From contig OZ076417.1 in the NCBI GenBank assembly GCA_964187785.1, positions 16,740,001 to 16,804,000 on the forward strand: a stretch of DNA of 64,000 nt. Reading direction: 5' to 3'. The DNA is from Amphiscolops sp. MND2022. Lineage: Eukaryota. Numbering within the stretch: position 1 is the first letter of the stretch; every line of letters starts with the position of its first letter. The notes beneath the pieces are model-generated. The model saw only the letters and a program-made list of their open reading frames with translations. It ran no database searches and was not told the origin of the DNA. The translations under genes and the position numbers were made by a program. Positions 61,301 to 64,000 of the stretch are shown piece by piece.

Positions 61301-61717
61301 TGCGTCCGAGACGTCTGGACACCCTCGTCAGCGAGCACAGATGCCGGGTCACTCCCAAAAGCAGGGGTATCACGTGCCTCCTCACAAACGAAAACGTCAC
61401 TGCCACTGGAGGCAGTAGCCCGAGGCACCACAGAAGCTTGCATCCCAGTAATAGGAGTTGGATCAGGGACAATAAAACAAAACGAAAGTATGCACAAGAG
61501 AACAGAACACATGCACTTAGCACCCTTCTCAAGCAACTTTAAACCAAGGAAGAAAAAAGACGGAATACCTACTTTCAAGAGTACGGGATGCAGAGACGGT
61601 TGGAGGAATGTAGTCATCTCCAGAACTATCAACCAGAACAGGTGGCCTGGGAATGGACCCAGCCACTACATCTGCCAGCCGCACCCGCTTAGCAGAACGC
61701 ACACTACTCGTCGACAT
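58378..61717 (-). pseudogene. Antisense gene in Element 2: zinc finger plus degenerate hAT-transposase-like protein, homologous to that of Element 1. Core exon 60835-58378 carries one frameshift (~59690) and one TAG (59341); small upstream exons include 61120-60992 and one ending at 61242
   Basis: Zinc finger CAVCRKDVSFLSRGPRGIWRHFKCKGH; LRSGGSQVFLRRLW vs LYRGGDVTALTHLW; SPYAHSRIARSLSSLSVDMLLGG vs SPLSDHVNRALACWSPDMLLHG; phase-1-compatible GT-AG junctions at 61241/61121 and 60991/60836. Confidence 0.78.
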
Positions 61718-62429
61718 AAACCGACTAGTCCGTTGTTTTGAACTGCTCTGAGATTTCGTCTGACTAGGGGGGACATAATCTTCATCGCTCTCATCATCAG
61801 TAGCTACAAAAAGTAGATTAAAAAGAACGCGTTCAAAGAAACCTAGAAAAAGCTGGCCACCTATTAATTTCTAGGAAAAGTTTATCTTTTATCCTTGCCA
61901 GGTAGTCCAGATCATGACGCTCCTCACTACAAGTCGAGTGGTAGGATCCAGTCTCCACACAACTTTCACCGTCCGAGTGCCCAGGACCTTCACCTCCAGA
62001 ACTGTCCTTCTCGCCAAAACCATGACCAGCAGAGATTCCACCGTCAGTTGCTTCTCCACCCTCCTTTTTGTCGCCATCCACAGTCACTTCTCTACCCTCA
62101 CGGACAACTGACTCAACCACAGACTCAACTTCCGCTCCACTCTCGACTAGCTCCGCATCACGACTGCGGTGCAACAATGCATTATCTTCTTCAGTCGAGC
62201 ACATAATCAATTGTCTGAAAATAACAAACCATGAAAAATAAAAAGAAGATGTGGCGTAAAATCAATGGAAATATTAATACTAGAAGTTATCTACTTTATA
62301 AGGAGAGTTGTTCAGTCTGCCAGCTGAACAATTCAAAAGCTCAACACAAATGGTGTGAACAAATTTTCAGGACGCGGATTAGTCAGTTATATTCCTAATC
62401 AACTGACAATCAGATTGCCAATCAAATAA

Positions 62430-63026
62430 ATGTACAATTCCCACTCCAACGATCAAACAAATGAAGACGTTTTTCTTCTCGACCGAGATCAACCAGCGCA
62501 GCCAAGACAAAGGCCCGGTACACCGCCGCCTAATTACAATCTCATCAACACAGCACAGCATACTATTACCTACGAAATAATCAAGACGGAAGATATACAT
62601 GTAGTCCTTGTTCACAAACAACCGCTTTTAAATGCAATTAACGTTGAAAACGAACAAGGAGTGATACGAAGGTTCACTACAGATAATCCGGTTATCCCAG
62701 ATGACGAATTCGTGAGCCCAATCCGGTGGTTCAATCTTGCGGACCGATACAGCCCTAACTCTACCGTCAGCAGTCCCTTGAGCCCATACAGCAGCTCAGA
62801 AGGGTACTGGTCAGGAAGCGACTGGGACTCGAATTCTTCGTGGAGATCCTACGACTCAATGCGCGATGATCTACCCAATTTGTTTGACACGCCAATCCGG
62901 TCGATATCCCAATTCCTTCTTCCAGATGAGACAGCGCATCGAAGCCGAGGACTGTCACAGCCCCAGCTAAGCTGTGAAACCTGTCACACAATAAGCGCGG
63001 TCTTCGAAGAAGGAAATTGGAATTAG
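62430..63026 (+). CDS. Sense-strand 198-aa ORF just upstream of, and running 74 nt into, the Element 2 3' LTR
   Basis: ATG-initiated open frame, Ser/Pro/Asp-rich; no recognised domain. Confidence 0.45.
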   Translation: MYNSHSNDQTNEDVFLLDRDQPAQPRQRPGTPPPNYNLINTAQHTITYEIIKTEDIHVVLVHKQPLLNAINVENEQGVIRRFTTDNPVIPDDEFVSPIRWFNLADRYSPNSTVSSPLSPYSSSEGYWSGSDWDSNSSWRSYDSMRDDLPNLFDTPIRSISQFLLPDETAHRSRGLSQPQLSCETCHTISAVFEEGNWN

Positions 63027-64000
63027 ACCGAAACAGAAGAAAAGGCAAGTGAAATAACCAATATACAACTAATTTATTACTATTAGAAATTATTACTTTA
63101 AATCAAATTGGAGCTAAAACTATATTTATATATGTATAAATACTAATAATTACATAATTTCATACAAGAATAAATACGTACACACACAGTGTACCAACAA
63201 GTACGGAGCTATTAGTGCAGTTAATAATAATATTAATAATACAGTGCTATATTATTAATAGTAACAGAATCACACCGCTCAACAAACGGTTTGAAAGATT
63301 AATGGCGGAACCGTGGCCTGGCGACCGGCCTCAGATTTACGCAATGAAGCGGCGGCCTGGCAAGCGGCCTGAAATTGGAATGAGCTATTTAACACTATGC
63401 AGAAGTGAACGCGCTATTAAATGATTACATGTAAAAGTGTTGATGCAAACAAAGACACTTAATGTGATGATTTATATGTAATTCCCTGAGTAATGTACAA
63501 ATTGTGTTGATTTTAACTGGAAGCAATGTACCGCGGCCCAGGATGTGGCCTGAAATGTAAATTTATAAAATCCATTGTAGAAATGGAAATTGTTAATACG
63601 GTTGATGATTTTTACCCGATAACTAAACGCTCACAATGAAAAATGACCGAATAATGGTCAAGAGTGTTGTGCAGTACTATTCACCTATGTAAACCAAGAT
63701 TAATTATTAAATGTAATAAACTGTAGCCCAGGACACGGCCTGAAATCAGGTTTGTCCAAATCCATCCTAAAAGTGAAAATATCGGTACTCCCGATTACCC
63801 ACCGTCCCATCAGTGAAATCACGTCCCAAATACGCAGTATAATAAGAATTAGTGGTTCATTACATGCAGTTTGTGACCATTTATTCATGTGGCAATACTT
63901 AACTTTGAATGCATTAAACCACGGCCTAGACCCCGGCCTGGGAATTAAATCTTTGACTTGAGCTATTTAATCACTATTAATGATTTGTACTACCCTTTTA
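62953..64000 (+). repeat. Element 2 3' LTR (partial)
   Basis: Direct repeat of the start of the 5' LTR, about 24 differences counted by eye. Confidence 0.95.

Larger units (their letters stand above)
49083..64000 (+). mobile_element. Element 2: Ty3/Gypsy LTR retrotransposon (predicted ~16 kb), truncated by the window end, multiply disrupted
   Basis: LTR 49083-51263 is repeated from 62953 onward (about 2% divergence by eye); PBS at 51264; gag, pol and an antisense accessory gene. Confidence 0.95.

Overview
AT-rich eukaryotic (probably invertebrate) genomic DNA dominated by transposable elements; no prokaryotic features. Two large Ty3/Gypsy LTR retrotransposons of one clade but different families are present. 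Element 1 (3696-19913, minus strand) is complete, young and flanked by an ATAGT target-site duplication. Element 2 (49083 to beyond the window end, plus strand) is older and disrupted. A third, internally deleted family member lies at 21892-24879 (TSD CAAGT). All three share the PBS TGGTGACAGGAGT directly abutting the LTR; in Elements 1 and 2 the Gag ORF starts inside the LTR and reads through the PBS. Main finding: between pol and the 3' LTR, Elements 1 and 2 each carry a homologous multi-exon gene on the antisense strand. By eye it resembles a hAT-type DNA transposase that kept its N-terminal C2H2 zinc finger but lost the catalytic residues. Each family also carries its own short repeated motif as fixed-spacing dimers (CATCG-N6-CATCG; GGCCY-N7-GGCCY; ACGGAG-N5-ACGGAG), concentrated in LTRs, the post-pol region and introns. 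Together these suggest a retrotransposon-encoded, family-specific DNA-binding protein plus operator system; the link is inference and untested. Also present: a decayed Suv4-20-like SET + zinc finger + tyrosine recombinase (Crypton-like) ORF, exons of a host WSC-like/F-type lectin-domain gene, BEL/Pao and Gypsy remnants, a ~1.1 kb duplication and several tandem repeats. All family assignments come from motif recognition by eye, not database searches.
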